Below are positions 8,491 through 17,181 of a DNA stretch of 19,924 nt, piece after piece. Position 1 is the stretch's first letter; the number at the start of each line of letters is the position of its first letter. Position numbers and translations under genes: made by a program. The stretch lies in the NCBI GenBank assembly GCA_043767805.1, contig JAYUGC010000199.1, forward strand, positions 1 through 19,924. The letters run 5' to 3'. Below the pieces are notes generated by a model. That model was not told where the DNA came from and did no database searches. It saw nothing but the letters and a program-made list of their open reading frames with translations. This DNA comes from Pseudomonadota bacterium. GTDB lineage: Bacteria > Bdellovibrionota > FAC87 > UBA2466.

Positions 8491-9495
8491 TCATTGCCAA
8501 TAGCCCGAGGACTCCTCGGGTTTCTGCGTAGCCGTCTTCAAGCGCTCCAGCTGATGCGAGAGATGCTCGATTTGCTGCTGCCAATATTTTTCCGTACCGA
8601 AATGGGGGAAAGCCGCCTGGAACGCGCCGTCCTCGCGGCGGCGGGCGATCCAGGTGGAAAAGTAAATCATGCGCAAAGCGCGGAGCGGCTCGATGAGCTT
8701 CACGGTGGTCTCGTCGAATTCGCGGATTTCCATGTAGGAATCGATGAGGACGTCCCGGTTCTTCATGGCGATGTCATCGTCCCCGCCGATGAGCATCCAG
8801 AAATCCTGGACGGGAGGCGCGTAGAGCATGTCGTCGAAATCGATGAAGTACGGATTGTCGTGCTGCCAGAGAACGTTGCCCGCATGGCAGTCGCCGTGAG
8901 TGAGCACGTACTCTTTGCCTTCGAACATCGGCTCGACTAGCCGGCAGATGTCGTTGACGTACTTTTGATAAATCGCGGAAAGGCCCGGCGCGAGCAGGTT
9001 TTCTTTCAGAAGGTACTCAAGGCAGTCGCGGCCGTAGGTTTTCGTATCGAGCCGCCAGCGAGAGACTTTTTTAAATTCCGCGCCGACGTTGTGAATGCGC
9101 GCGAGGAAACGGCCGAGGCGTTTTAATTGTTCGCCGTTGAGCTCGGGCTCGAGACGTCCCGGTTTTTTCGGAAATAGCGTGTAGAGAAGGGTGCCGCCTT
9201 CGACATTCATTTCGAGAAGCGTTTTTCCGTCGGCATTGGCCATGGGACAGACCACGGGGACTTCGGCCTTCTCGCAAGCTTTCAGAAAATCGTGCTCGGC
9301 TTGGATGGTGTCTTTGTCCCAGCGGCCCGGGCGATAGAACTTGATGATCCGGTTGGGCTCGTCTTCCATCTCGATGTCGTAAACGCGGTTCTCCATGGCG
9401 TTTAGCGCAAGGAACCGGCCCGTGCAGCGGCCACCGATTTTTTCAGCGGCCTCGAAGATCACTTCGGGCAGTAGATGGGCGAAATTATTGAGCAC
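8491..9495 (-). CDS. srkA: Stress-response Ser/Thr protein kinase SrkA (RdoA/YihE), APH-like fold
   Basis: LNAMENRVY, KFYRPGRW, EHDF, HGDCHAGN, IDFDD, VQDFWML, IEPLRALR and AFP.F...YW are family hallmarks. Confidence 0.9.
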   Translation of the reverse strand: MLNNFAHLLPEVIFEAAEKIGGRCTGRFLALNAMENRVYDIEMEDEPNRIIKFYRPGRWDKDTIQAEHDFLKACEKAEVPVVCPMANADGKTLLEMNVEGGTLLYTLFPKKPGRLEPELNGEQLKRLGRFLARIHNVGAEFKKVSRWRLDTKTYGRDCLEYLLKENLLAPGLSAIYQKYVNDICRLVEPMFEGKEYVLTHGDCHAGNVLWQHDNPYFIDFDDMLYAPPVQDFWMLIGGDDDIAMKNRDVLIDSYMEIREFDETTVKLIEPLRALRMIYFSTWIARRREDGAFQAAFPHFGTEKYWQQQIEHLSHQLERLKTATQKPEESSGYWQ

Positions 9496-9538
9496 GTGCC
9501 GACACTAGGACACGTTCGCGGGGAAGGGAAGAGGCAGC

Positions 9539-10111
9539 TTACTTGACGTCGGCGAGCGGGAAAGAGGTCGGTTCACACTTGATGTCGTTCTTAAAGCGCT
9601 CGAACTCGAGGCCGCGGCCGCAGGCCATCTCGTAAATATCGGTACCCGCGACGCAAGGGTTACCCGCATCGAGAGAAAGGGGGCGAATCTTAGTTTTGCC
9701 GCCGTCGACCGTGTCAGCGTGACAGGTCGTCAGAGTCTGCGGGCATTTCACGAAATCGATCGCCGGGATGCCGGCCAGGCACTTCTTGAAGGCTTCTTCG
9801 CCAGGAAACTCAGGGTTTTCGCGCGGGTTTTCCCGGGCGAAAGGACCGGGCTCCTTCGTGGGCTTGGGCACCACAGGAGTCGCGTCCGGCGGGGTCAGGG
9901 AATAAACCGGTTTAGGCTGAATCGATTGTCTGGGCGGGACCGCCGAGCGGCCGACCTGACAGGCGTTCAAAGCATCGGTCAGGGCCTTTGAAGTCGGGGC
10001 CGTGAGGGAGCGTACGCCCGAGGAGCTAGTTCCTCCGGAATGTTGGCCGTACTCGGCCCAGGCTGGGAGGCTGGCTCCCACTAACGCTATAAAGGTAAAA
10101 ATCATTCGCAT
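9539..10111 (-). CDS. Hypothetical secreted protein with a Pro-rich linker and a Cys-rich C-terminal domain
   Basis: Signal peptide MRMIFTFIALVGASLPAWA. Seven Cys, six of them in the last ~80 aa. Start could be 10111, 10105 or further upstream. Confidence 0.65.
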   Translation of the reverse strand: MRMIFTFIALVGASLPAWAEYGQHSGGTSSSGVRSLTAPTSKALTDALNACQVGRSAVPPRQSIQPKPVYSLTPPDATPVVPKPTKEPGPFARENPRENPEFPGEEAFKKCLAGIPAIDFVKCPQTLTTCHADTVDGGKTKIRPLSLDAGNPCVAGTDIYEMACGRGLEFERFKNDIKCEPTSFPLADVK

Positions 10112-10243
10112 ACGCACCACCACGAGAGGTTCCATGTGCAAGCGAAAGACCAGGGGAGTCCAGGCTGGGGAGCCTAAAAATGGGCGTCACTTTGCTCGGT
10201 ATTCCATTGGAATATGACGGCTTTGCCGGGCGGGAGTTCGGTC

Positions 10244-10390
10244 GGGCCGGTAACTGGTCACTGGTTGCTAGTACGAGGAAATCTATTAGACCTTCCCCTT
10301 CTGCTCGCCTCGTTAGCGATGGGTCCGTGAGGCCAAGATCAAAATAGCCTACCTCGTAAGTACCAGCCACTAGCAACCAGTGACCGGCCC
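10244..10390. repeat. Intergenic long inverted repeat / hairpin element with heptamer-built arms
   Basis: Perfect 17-bp IR GGTCACTGGTTGCTAGT (10256-10272) / ACTAGCAACCAGTGACC (10369-10385). Outer GGGCC/GGCCC pair. Inner TACGAGG/CCTCGTA (10272-10278/10352-10358) and CTATT/AATAG pairs. Confidence 0.75.
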
Positions 10391-10434
10391 TTCTTGGTTT
10401 TGGACTGCGGAATATGGTACACAACCGGTCCTAA

Positions 10435-12480
10435 ATGCTCGACTCCCCTCAAAAACTTAGCCCGCAGGCCTGGCAGAAAAAATATGCCCTGCCGCCGCTG
10501 CCGATGAATCGGGCGGAAATGGAAGCGCGGGGCTGGTCCGAGGTCGACATCGTTTTCGTCACGGGCGATGCGTACGTCGATCATCCGAGCTTCGCGATGG
10601 CGCTGCTCGGGCGCGTTTTGGAAGCCGGCGGATATAAAGTCGCGATCTTGAGTCAGCCTGATTGGCGATCGGCCGGGCCTTGGCGGCAGTTCGGCCGTCC
10701 GCGCCTGTTCTTCGGTGTCAGTGCCGGGAACATGGACTCGATGATCAACCACTACACGGCGAATAAGAAAGTCCGTAACGACGACGCTTATTCTCCGGGC
10801 GGACAAATTGGTTTGCGCCCCGATCGCGCGACGTTGCCTTACTGTCAGCGCGCGCGCGAAGCGTTTCCCGGCGTGCCCGTCATCGCTGGCGGCGTGGAAG
10901 CTTCGCTTCGTCGTATGGCGCACTACGATTACTGGAGCGACACGGTAAAGCGCTCCATCCTTCTCGATGCCAAAGCCGATCTCGTGGCGTACGGCATGGG
11001 CGAGAAAAATATTTTGGAAATCGCGCGTCGTTTGGCCGATGGCCAGCCGGTTTCCGCGCTCCGTGATTTGCGCGGCGTCGCTTACGCTTTAGGCGGAGGC
11101 GAGACATTGCCGGAGACCGTACCGGAGGCTTTGCGCCCTTTGAGTCTTGCGCAGAGAGATAACGCGGGCACGGGGTACGTGAATCTTCCGACTTACGAAG
11201 AGGTCGTCGCCGATAAGATGGCCTTCGCGGAAGCGACCCGTCTCATTCACACGCACACGAATCCCTTTAACGCCGCCGTTCTCGTGCAGGCCCACGCTAA
11301 TCGTTTAGTCGTCGTAAATCCGCCGGATCTTCCGCTGACGCAGCCCGATCTCGATCGCATCTACGATTTGCCGTTCACTCGCCGCCCGCATCCGTCTTAC
11401 CAGGAGAAGATTCCGGCGCACGAGATGATCAAGGACTCGGTCACCATCATGCGCGGCTGCTTCGGCGGTTGTACGTTTTGTTCCATTACGACGCATCAAG
11501 GGCGCACCATTCAATCGCGCTCTCAGGCTTCCATCTTGAAGGAAGTGAGCAAGCTCGCCGCCGATCCTGAATTCAAAGGCGTGCTTAGTGACGTCGGCGG
11601 TCCCACGGCGAACATGTATCAGATGCGCTGTACGAAGCCCGAGATTGAGGCCAAGTGCCGCCGTCTCTCTTGCGTGCACCCCACGGTTTGTAAGTTACTG
11701 GGCACCGATCACGGTCCGCTCGTTTCTCTCCTTAAGAAGACTCGCACCGAGCCCGGCGTGCGCAAGGTCTTCGTCGCGAGCGGCGTGCGCATGGATCTCG
11801 CGCAGAAATCGCCCGAGTACATGAACGAGATGGCCGAGCATCACGTGGGCGGTCATCTGAAGGTCGCGCCCGAGCACACTAGCCCCGAAGTGCTCTCTCA
11901 TATGAAGAAGCCGGGCATCGAGGATTTCCAAGGCTTCGCGAAAGAATTTAAAAAAGCGTCCGAGCGGGGCGGAAAGCCCAAGCAGTATCTCGTGCCCTAC
12001 TTCATCGCGAGCCATCCGGGCTCGGACATCAACGCGATGATCGATCTCGCGCTCTTTTTGAAGCGGAACGGCTACAAGCCGGACCAAGTTCAGGATTTCA
12101 TCCCGGCGCCTTTTGATATCGCGACCTGCATGTACCACACGGGCGTCGATCCCATGACGAAGCAGCCCGTGCGGGTTGCGAAGGGTCTTCGCGAGCGCAA
12201 GATGCAGCGGGCGCTCATGCAATTCTTCAAGCCCGAGAACTACTTCGAAGTACGTAAAGCCCTCGAAGAGGCAGGCCGCCAGGACCTCATCGGCAGCGGC
12301 TGTGACGCCCTGATCCCGGCCAATGCCCCGTTTGAGGCCATCGTGGCCCGCCGGGAAAAGAGCGAGCGCCGTTTCCGCGGCGAGTATGTACACACCATTC
12401 CCAAGCCGAAAGGCTCGGGCTACCGTCCCGGACGCACCTCGGCAAACCGCCGCGAGCGCCGTTCCGACTCAACGCTTTAG
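10435..12480 (+). CDS. ygiQ: YgiQ family (UPF0313) radical SAM protein
   Basis: VTGDAYVDHPSF, AGNMDSMINHYT, GGVEASLRR.AHYDYWSD, CxxxCxxC (GCFGGCTFC), DVGGPTANMY, LKVAPEH, PYFIASHPG and QVQDF. Confidence 0.95.
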   Translation: MLDSPQKLSPQAWQKKYALPPLPMNRAEMEARGWSEVDIVFVTGDAYVDHPSFAMALLGRVLEAGGYKVAILSQPDWRSAGPWRQFGRPRLFFGVSAGNMDSMINHYTANKKVRNDDAYSPGGQIGLRPDRATLPYCQRAREAFPGVPVIAGGVEASLRRMAHYDYWSDTVKRSILLDAKADLVAYGMGEKNILEIARRLADGQPVSALRDLRGVAYALGGGETLPETVPEALRPLSLAQRDNAGTGYVNLPTYEEVVADKMAFAEATRLIHTHTNPFNAAVLVQAHANRLVVVNPPDLPLTQPDLDRIYDLPFTRRPHPSYQEKIPAHEMIKDSVTIMRGCFGGCTFCSITTHQGRTIQSRSQASILKEVSKLAADPEFKGVLSDVGGPTANMYQMRCTKPEIEAKCRRLSCVHPTVCKLLGTDHGPLVSLLKKTRTEPGVRKVFVASGVRMDLAQKSPEYMNEMAEHHVGGHLKVAPEHTSPEVLSHMKKPGIEDFQGFAKEFKKASERGGKPKQYLVPYFIASHPGSDINAMIDLALFLKRNGYKPDQVQDFIPAPFDIATCMYHTGVDPMTKQPVRVAKGLRERKMQRALMQFFKPENYFEVRKALEEAGRQDLIGSGCDALIPANAPFEAIVARREKSERRFRGEYVHTIPKPKGSGYRPGRTSANRRERRSDSTL

Positions 12481-12563
12481 TTCCTAAAGTTCGCTACCGA
12501 TAAGCCAGTGGGAGCATTCTAAATACCCGTGCCGCAATGAGCGGCCTGTCTTGAGGTGGCCCT

Positions 12564-14174
12564 GTGAAACGTTACGACGTCCTTTTCGTTCTGAGTCTTT
12601 TAACCTTCCTCGGTATGGCTGGAAAAGCCGTCGCGGGCGAGGCGGCCGTCGCCTCGGAGGAGAATCCGTTCGGGTTCTACCTCGATAAAGCTCAGAGCCG
12701 TTACTTCTTCGACGGCAAGAAAACCTTCACGGTGGATCGAGGCACGCTAGACCGCAACAAAGCGAAGGTCGAAGTGAGCATCGACGATGAGCCCTTCGTG
12801 GGGTTCAACGGGCCGGTGGACTTCCGGCAAGAAGGCCGCCACACCCTCAAATACCGGGTGGTGAACGTTTTCAATCAGGTTCTCCTCCAAAAGGAGTTCA
12901 ACTTTTACTTGGATACCAGCGCTCCGGAATCGACGGTGGAAAAACCGGCGTATGTCCGCGAAATGGGCGGAGTGAGCTACCTCTCGGACCCGAAGGGAGT
13001 GTTCATCACCTCTTACGACGGTCTCTCCGGCATCCGTGGCGTCGAGATCAGCCTCGACCAGAAGAATTTCACCCTCTATAGCCCCGGCCAAAACTTCTTG
13101 GAGCCCGGCAAGCACACCGTTTACTTCCGCGCGACCGACAACGTCGGTAACGTCGAATCGATGAAGTCTTTCAACTACGTCCTCTCCGCCCAAGCGCCCG
13201 TGACCGCTTTGAAGGTCGACCCGGCGGCGGTGGAGCAGAACGGCGAAACCTACATCGGCGTCAGCTCGCAGCTTTCCTTCATCTGGGACAACCCGATGGT
13301 TCCCATCCGTGAAGTCGCGGTCAGTGTCGATGGCGATCGCTTCATTTACAGCAAGCCCTTCCGCGTGGGAACGCCGGGCCGTCACGTCCTGAAGTTTTTC
13401 GCGGTGGACTACGCCGGCAACACGGAACGGGAACAGACTTTCCGTTTCGTCACCGACGATGGTGCCCCAAAAACGGTGGCCTCCGTTCAGGGCCGGGTCG
13501 TCGACTACGGCAACGTGAAGTTCGTCGGCGCGGATTTCCGCTTGGCACTCGCTTCCGCCGACGACGGCAGCGGCTTGGGTAGCATTCAGTATCGCCTGGA
13601 CGACGCTTCGGACAAATGGATGGTCTATACGGACGCCGTGAAGCTCGATCGCGACGGTCCCCACAACATCTGGTTCCGTAGCGTCGACAAAGTCGGCAAC
13701 AAGGAAGAAGTACAGCGCATCTCGGTCATCGCTGATATGACTGCCCCGCACTCGACCATGACCCCCGGGGTTGCGTTCACCAAGATTGAAGGCAAGGTCT
13801 ACTCGACCTTCCCTAACGTCCTGATGTTCAAAGGCGAGGACAATCTCGGTGGCATGGACGGCGTGTACGTCAGCATCAATGACGGCCAGGCGCAGCTAGC
13901 TACCACGGGCATCCCTCTCGAAGACGCGGCCGAGAACAAAGTCGTTTACCGCGCCATCGACAGACTGGGTAACGAAGAAGAGCCTCATACGGTCGTCATT
14001 CACATGGCGAAACCGGAAGTGAACGTGAAGCTCATTTCGCACACCAAGTCGGAAGAAGAGATGAGCCGGTCCCAGGAAATCGCGGTTACGGACTCGGCCA
14101 ATGTCCCCGAGCGCGCGACCAAGAAATCCCCCAAGAAACGCTCTCTCGCGAGCGACAAGAAAAAGGCAAAGTAA
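12564..14174 (+). CDS. Secreted protein with about five tandem beta-rich (OmpL47-type/Ig-like) repeats
   Basis: Signal peptide. Repeats GRHTLKYRVVN, GKHTVYFRATDNVGNVE, GRHVLKFFAVDYAGNTE, GPHNIWFRSVDKVGNKE and NKVVYRAIDRLGNEE, with DxxAP linkers. GAGGTG Shine-Dalgarno before the GTG. Confidence 0.8.
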   Translation: MKRYDVLFVLSLLTFLGMAGKAVAGEAAVASEENPFGFYLDKAQSRYFFDGKKTFTVDRGTLDRNKAKVEVSIDDEPFVGFNGPVDFRQEGRHTLKYRVVNVFNQVLLQKEFNFYLDTSAPESTVEKPAYVREMGGVSYLSDPKGVFITSYDGLSGIRGVEISLDQKNFTLYSPGQNFLEPGKHTVYFRATDNVGNVESMKSFNYVLSAQAPVTALKVDPAAVEQNGETYIGVSSQLSFIWDNPMVPIREVAVSVDGDRFIYSKPFRVGTPGRHVLKFFAVDYAGNTEREQTFRFVTDDGAPKTVASVQGRVVDYGNVKFVGADFRLALASADDGSGLGSIQYRLDDASDKWMVYTDAVKLDRDGPHNIWFRSVDKVGNKEEVQRISVIADMTAPHSTMTPGVAFTKIEGKVYSTFPNVLMFKGEDNLGGMDGVYVSINDGQAQLATTGIPLEDAAENKVVYRAIDRLGNEEEPHTVVIHMAKPEVNVKLISHTKSEEEMSRSQEIAVTDSANVPERATKKSPKKRSLASDKKKAK

Positions 14175-14680
14175 TGTCGATCGTCTTAAAAACTGCCGCC
14201 CCTGGCCTTCCGCAGCACGAGAGCCCGTTCATCACCGCGTTCATCCTGGCGACGGTGGATACGCTTTCGTTGCAGTGCCAGACGAAAGTGTCCGCGGGGG
14301 ATCCGATCTCAAAGGAAGCGTTCGAAGAGTCGGGCGCCGAAGTCATCGTCATCGGCGGTATCGTCGGTAAAGGAATCGACTGCTCGGTGGCCTTCTCCTT
14401 CCCCGAAGTGACGTGCTGTCATTTGGTGGGGAGCATGCTTCAGCGCAAGGTGACCTTGGGCGCGGATCAGGTCATGTCGGCGGCTTCCGAGCTCGTACGC
14501 ATGGTCGGCTTTCAGGCAAAGAAGTTACTCAACGAGCGCGGCTATAAAGTGGAAGCGGTTTTCCCACGCATCGTCGTCGAGGGCCGCACGGTTCAGATCT
14601 GGGCGGATAAGGTTCGAGACGGCATCGTGATTCCTTTTGCAACGCCCCGGCACGATCGTTTTTATCTGGAAATTCTCTAG
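14174..14680 (+). CDS. CheX-like chemotaxis phosphatase family protein with a degenerate active site
   Basis: PFI.AFI.AT..TL..QC, IGGIVG...SVAFSFP, SAASELVRMV.FQAK..L, PRIVVEG and IVIPF match the CheX architecture, but ExxN reads ELVR. TAATG overlap with the upstream gene. Confidence 0.7.
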   Translation: MSIVLKTAAPGLPQHESPFITAFILATVDTLSLQCQTKVSAGDPISKEAFEESGAEVIVIGGIVGKGIDCSVAFSFPEVTCCHLVGSMLQRKVTLGADQVMSAASELVRMVGFQAKKLLNERGYKVEAVFPRIVVEGRTVQIWADKVRDGIVIPFATPRHDRFYLEIL

Positions 14681-14682
14681 CC

Positions 14683-15081
14683 ATGTTCCCAAAGAAGACG
14701 CGCATTTTAGTCGCCGACGACGCTGAGATCATCCGCCAGGTGATCGAGCAGTATTTCTCCGAGCTCGGGTATGACAACGTGGAAGTGGTCGAGGACGGGG
14801 AAAAAGCTTTGGAGCGGTTGCGCCAGGCCGAAAAGGACGGCAACCCGTACGAGCTCATTCTTTCCGATTTCACGATGCCCCGCATGGACGGCTTTTCTCT
14901 CTTGAAGCACGTGCGCGGTAATCCTGCTTTCCGTGAAGTGCCTTTCATTCTGCTCAGCGCCGAATCCGATCGCGAGCGCGTGATGGAAGCCATCGCCCTC
15001 GGCGTCAGTCAGTTCGTCGTCAAACCCTTCAACTTCGCGACTTTCACCGAAGCTCTGAAGACGGCCTACCACCGTAAGTAA
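14683..15081 (+). CDS. Single-domain response regulator (CheY-like)
   Basis: ILVADD, LSDFTMPRMDG (phosphoacceptor Asp), LLSA and FVVKPF. 132 aa with no output domain. Confidence 0.9.
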   Translation: MFPKKTRILVADDAEIIRQVIEQYFSELGYDNVEVVEDGEKALERLRQAEKDGNPYELILSDFTMPRMDGFSLLKHVRGNPAFREVPFILLSAESDRERVMEAIALGVSQFVVKPFNFATFTEALKTAYHRK

Positions 15082-16023
15082 CTAGAGCAGTACGGAGAAA
15101 ACCGTCAGGAACTGATCCGTTCCCTCGACGAGTCTCGCTGTCGCGGTACTGGAGGTGCCGCGCAATTCCCGGCGGATATACTGTAAGCCAAGAGAGTACT
15201 GCGGAGCCAGCGCGTAGGTCGCCGAAAGTCGGTAGCGCACGAAGCGAGGCGAATCGAGATCCGTCGCCGTCGCGCCCGCCGCAGTGGTAACGGTGCTGGT
15301 GGTGCTTCCGCCAAAAGAAAACGCCGCGTCCGCATTCAGAGAAATGTGCGTGAAGACCTTCGGCTTAACTTCCAGTCCGGCCGTGAAGTACGGCGCAGAG
15401 GCTTTGATTTTGGATTCCGTGGCGGAAGTCGTAATGGCCGGATTGGTCTGACTGACGGAAAGAATACCGTATCCCGGGCCGCCTCGAAAATTCCAGACGT
15501 CTCCGAAATACTCCAGGGGATAGCGTCCCAGGAGCTCGAGGGCGACTCCGTTCTGGGAAATTTTTCGGCTACGATTGTCGATTACGCCAGAGACGTTGTC
15601 GACGACAGGAGCCGTCGCCGTGGTTCCGGTGCTGAGATAGGTATCCAGGCCAACGCCCAGGTACCTACCCCATTGAAAGTCCCCGTTGAGTCCAAAGTAA
15701 ATATTGCGATCGATATGGGAGCTGTCGCGGGCGGCTTTGTCTTTCACGTTATTCGTGCTGAGGGCCGCGAGCCCTCCGCTCAGATCTAGGCGAAGGCCCC
15801 ATTCGGACGCCGGCCTATCGGCGGCCTCGAAGGAAGCTCCCAAAGAGGAGGGAGACCGATCCACGCTCTTTTCCGTTTTCGGAGTGGGCTCATATTTCTT
15901 TGCGGCATTTTTACGTTCAGACTGGGCGACATCCTGAGCGTCGGCGCTCCCGGAGAAAGTCTCGTCGGCGCGGACGCCCAGAGAAAGAGCGAGGGTTAGT
16001 CCAACGATGGCTTTCCAGATCAT
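15082..16023 (-). CDS. Putative outer-membrane beta-barrel protein
   Basis: Signal peptide (MIWKAIVGLTLALSLGVRA), a charged linker, then alternating amphipathic strands (FGLNGDFQW, YFTAGLEVK, YRLSATY, LGLQYIRR). Paralogue of 17297-18178. Confidence 0.7.
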   Translation of the reverse strand: MIWKAIVGLTLALSLGVRADETFSGSADAQDVAQSERKNAAKKYEPTPKTEKSVDRSPSSLGASFEAADRPASEWGLRLDLSGGLAALSTNNVKDKAARDSSHIDRNIYFGLNGDFQWGRYLGVGLDTYLSTGTTATAPVVDNVSGVIDNRSRKISQNGVALELLGRYPLEYFGDVWNFRGGPGYGILSVSQTNPAITTSATESKIKASAPYFTAGLEVKPKVFTHISLNADAAFSFGGSTTSTVTTAAGATATDLDSPRFVRYRLSATYALAPQYSLGLQYIRRELRGTSSTATARLVEGTDQFLTVFSVLL

Positions 16024-16092
16024 TTTCGTCTCCCGGTGAATGGATTAAGGCCTAATGATGAGGGAGCGCGAGATCTAGAGCAACTCAAAATC

Positions 16093-16116
16093 GACGACAC
16101 GGCGCAAGTGCCGTCG
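16093..16116 (-). terminator. Possible hairpin or weak terminator after the HupE/UreJ gene
   Basis: Minus strand reads ACGACGGC-acttgc-GCC(gt)GTCGT followed by CGATTTT, directly after the stop codon. Confidence 0.3.
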
Positions 16117-17181
16117 TTAAAATCCGAACGCTCTTTGCACGAACCAGTACCCTCCGGCCAGAAGAATGAGACAAGCCAGGGCAGGCTGAATGAATTTTGG
16201 CCAGGCCCGGTTGCGGGCCGCTAGCGTTACCAAGGGCACCAAGACGGCAATCAAGACGAGTTGCCCTAGTTCGACGCCGACGTTGAAGCCAACTAGAGCC
16301 GCGGCCATCGATCTTCCAGAAAGATTTAACTCGAGCAGTGCGGCGCCAAAGCCAAAACCGTGAATCAGGCCAAAGGCCGTCGACCATTTCCATCTTCGCT
16401 CGGGGTGCTTTCCCCGAAATGCTTCCCAGGCGACCAGCGCGATGGAGAGAGCGATCAAAGATTCGACGAGCCGAAAGGGCGGCTGCACGACTCGCAAGGC
16501 GCAGAGGGCGAGGGTGATCGAATGTCCGACCGTAAACCCCGTGATGGTCTTTAGCAGCGCGACGATACCGCCGCCGCCGAGAATCAAGGCCACTACGAAG
16601 AGAATGTGATCGAGCCCATCCGGTAGACGCCAACCTTCCGGCGTTTTCCATTGTCCAGGCGTCGCGCCGATATGCTCCATGCCCATATGGATAGCGCGGC
16701 CAAAAGTCAGCTCGGAGCCTGTTTCAAAGTTGAGCTCGGGGTGTTGCTTGTCGGCTGAGAGAACGAGCTCCCCGGTGGGACTTTCCACGCGCGCGAGAAG
16801 ACGAAACGTTTCGGGAGTCGTGGGCGCGTTCAAAAAAGGCCATTGCCATGTCACTTGCTCGGGCGGTCCCCCGCACGCCGCCGAGGCCTTCAAAACGACC
16901 GCACTCGAATCGATTTCGAGCTGAGCCGGCCCCCAGGTGCACGGGATTCCTTTGGCGGCAAGCGAGCCGGAAGCGAGAGTCAGTTTCTTCAACTCGTCGG
17001 CTCTCGATTGCAAAACGGGTGCGGAAAGTAATCCCGGCTGAAGTGAGAGCAAAGTTCGTACGAGCTCATCGTTCAAACGCAGTTCCACCGAAACGCCAGA
17101 GAGCTCTGGAACCACTCGCAGAAGTCCGAGATCGAGGGGATGGGCCCAGGCCGCCAGGCCTAACCAAAGCAGGAGTCTCAT
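16117..17181 (-). CDS. HupE/UreJ family membrane protein with an N-terminal extracytoplasmic domain
   Basis: GMEHI...GLDHILF, TGFTVGHSITL, VESLIALSI, FGLIHGFGF and FNVGVELGQ. Signal peptide ends in AWA followed by His. Confidence 0.9.
   Translation of the reverse strand: MRLLLWLGLAAWAHPLDLGLLRVVPELSGVSVELRLNDELVRTLLSLQPGLLSAPVLQSRADELKKLTLASGSLAAKGIPCTWGPAQLEIDSSAVVLKASAACGGPPEQVTWQWPFLNAPTTPETFRLLARVESPTGELVLSADKQHPELNFETGSELTFGRAIHMGMEHIGATPGQWKTPEGWRLPDGLDHILFVVALILGGGGIVALLKTITGFTVGHSITLALCALRVVQPPFRLVESLIALSIALVAWEAFRGKHPERRWKWSTAFGLIHGFGFGAALLELNLSGRSMAAALVGFNVGVELGQLVLIAVLVPLVTLAARNRAWPKFIQPALACLILLAGGYWFVQRAFGF

Noticed and set aside
10244..10390. Hairpin element considered as a retron msr-msd, CRISPR array, tRNA or SRP RNA
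   Set aside because: No adjacent reverse transcriptase, no repeat-spacer periodicity, no cloverleaf or T-loop, and no SRP core motif.
10026..10424. 132-aa minus-strand ORF across the intergenic element
   Set aside because: Overlaps the secreted-protein gene in another frame, crosses the inverted repeat, and has no SD or recognisable motif.
8491..12480. SrkA kinase and YgiQ radical SAM as a defence or RiPP system
   Set aside because: Both are widespread stand-alone genes, they are divergently oriented, and no precursor peptide or effector is evident.
12477..12503. Sigma-28 promoter as a firm feature
   Set aside because: The -10-like ACCGATAA is present, but TAAAG lies far too close to it and the correctly spaced position is a poor match. 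Kept only as a remark in a finding.
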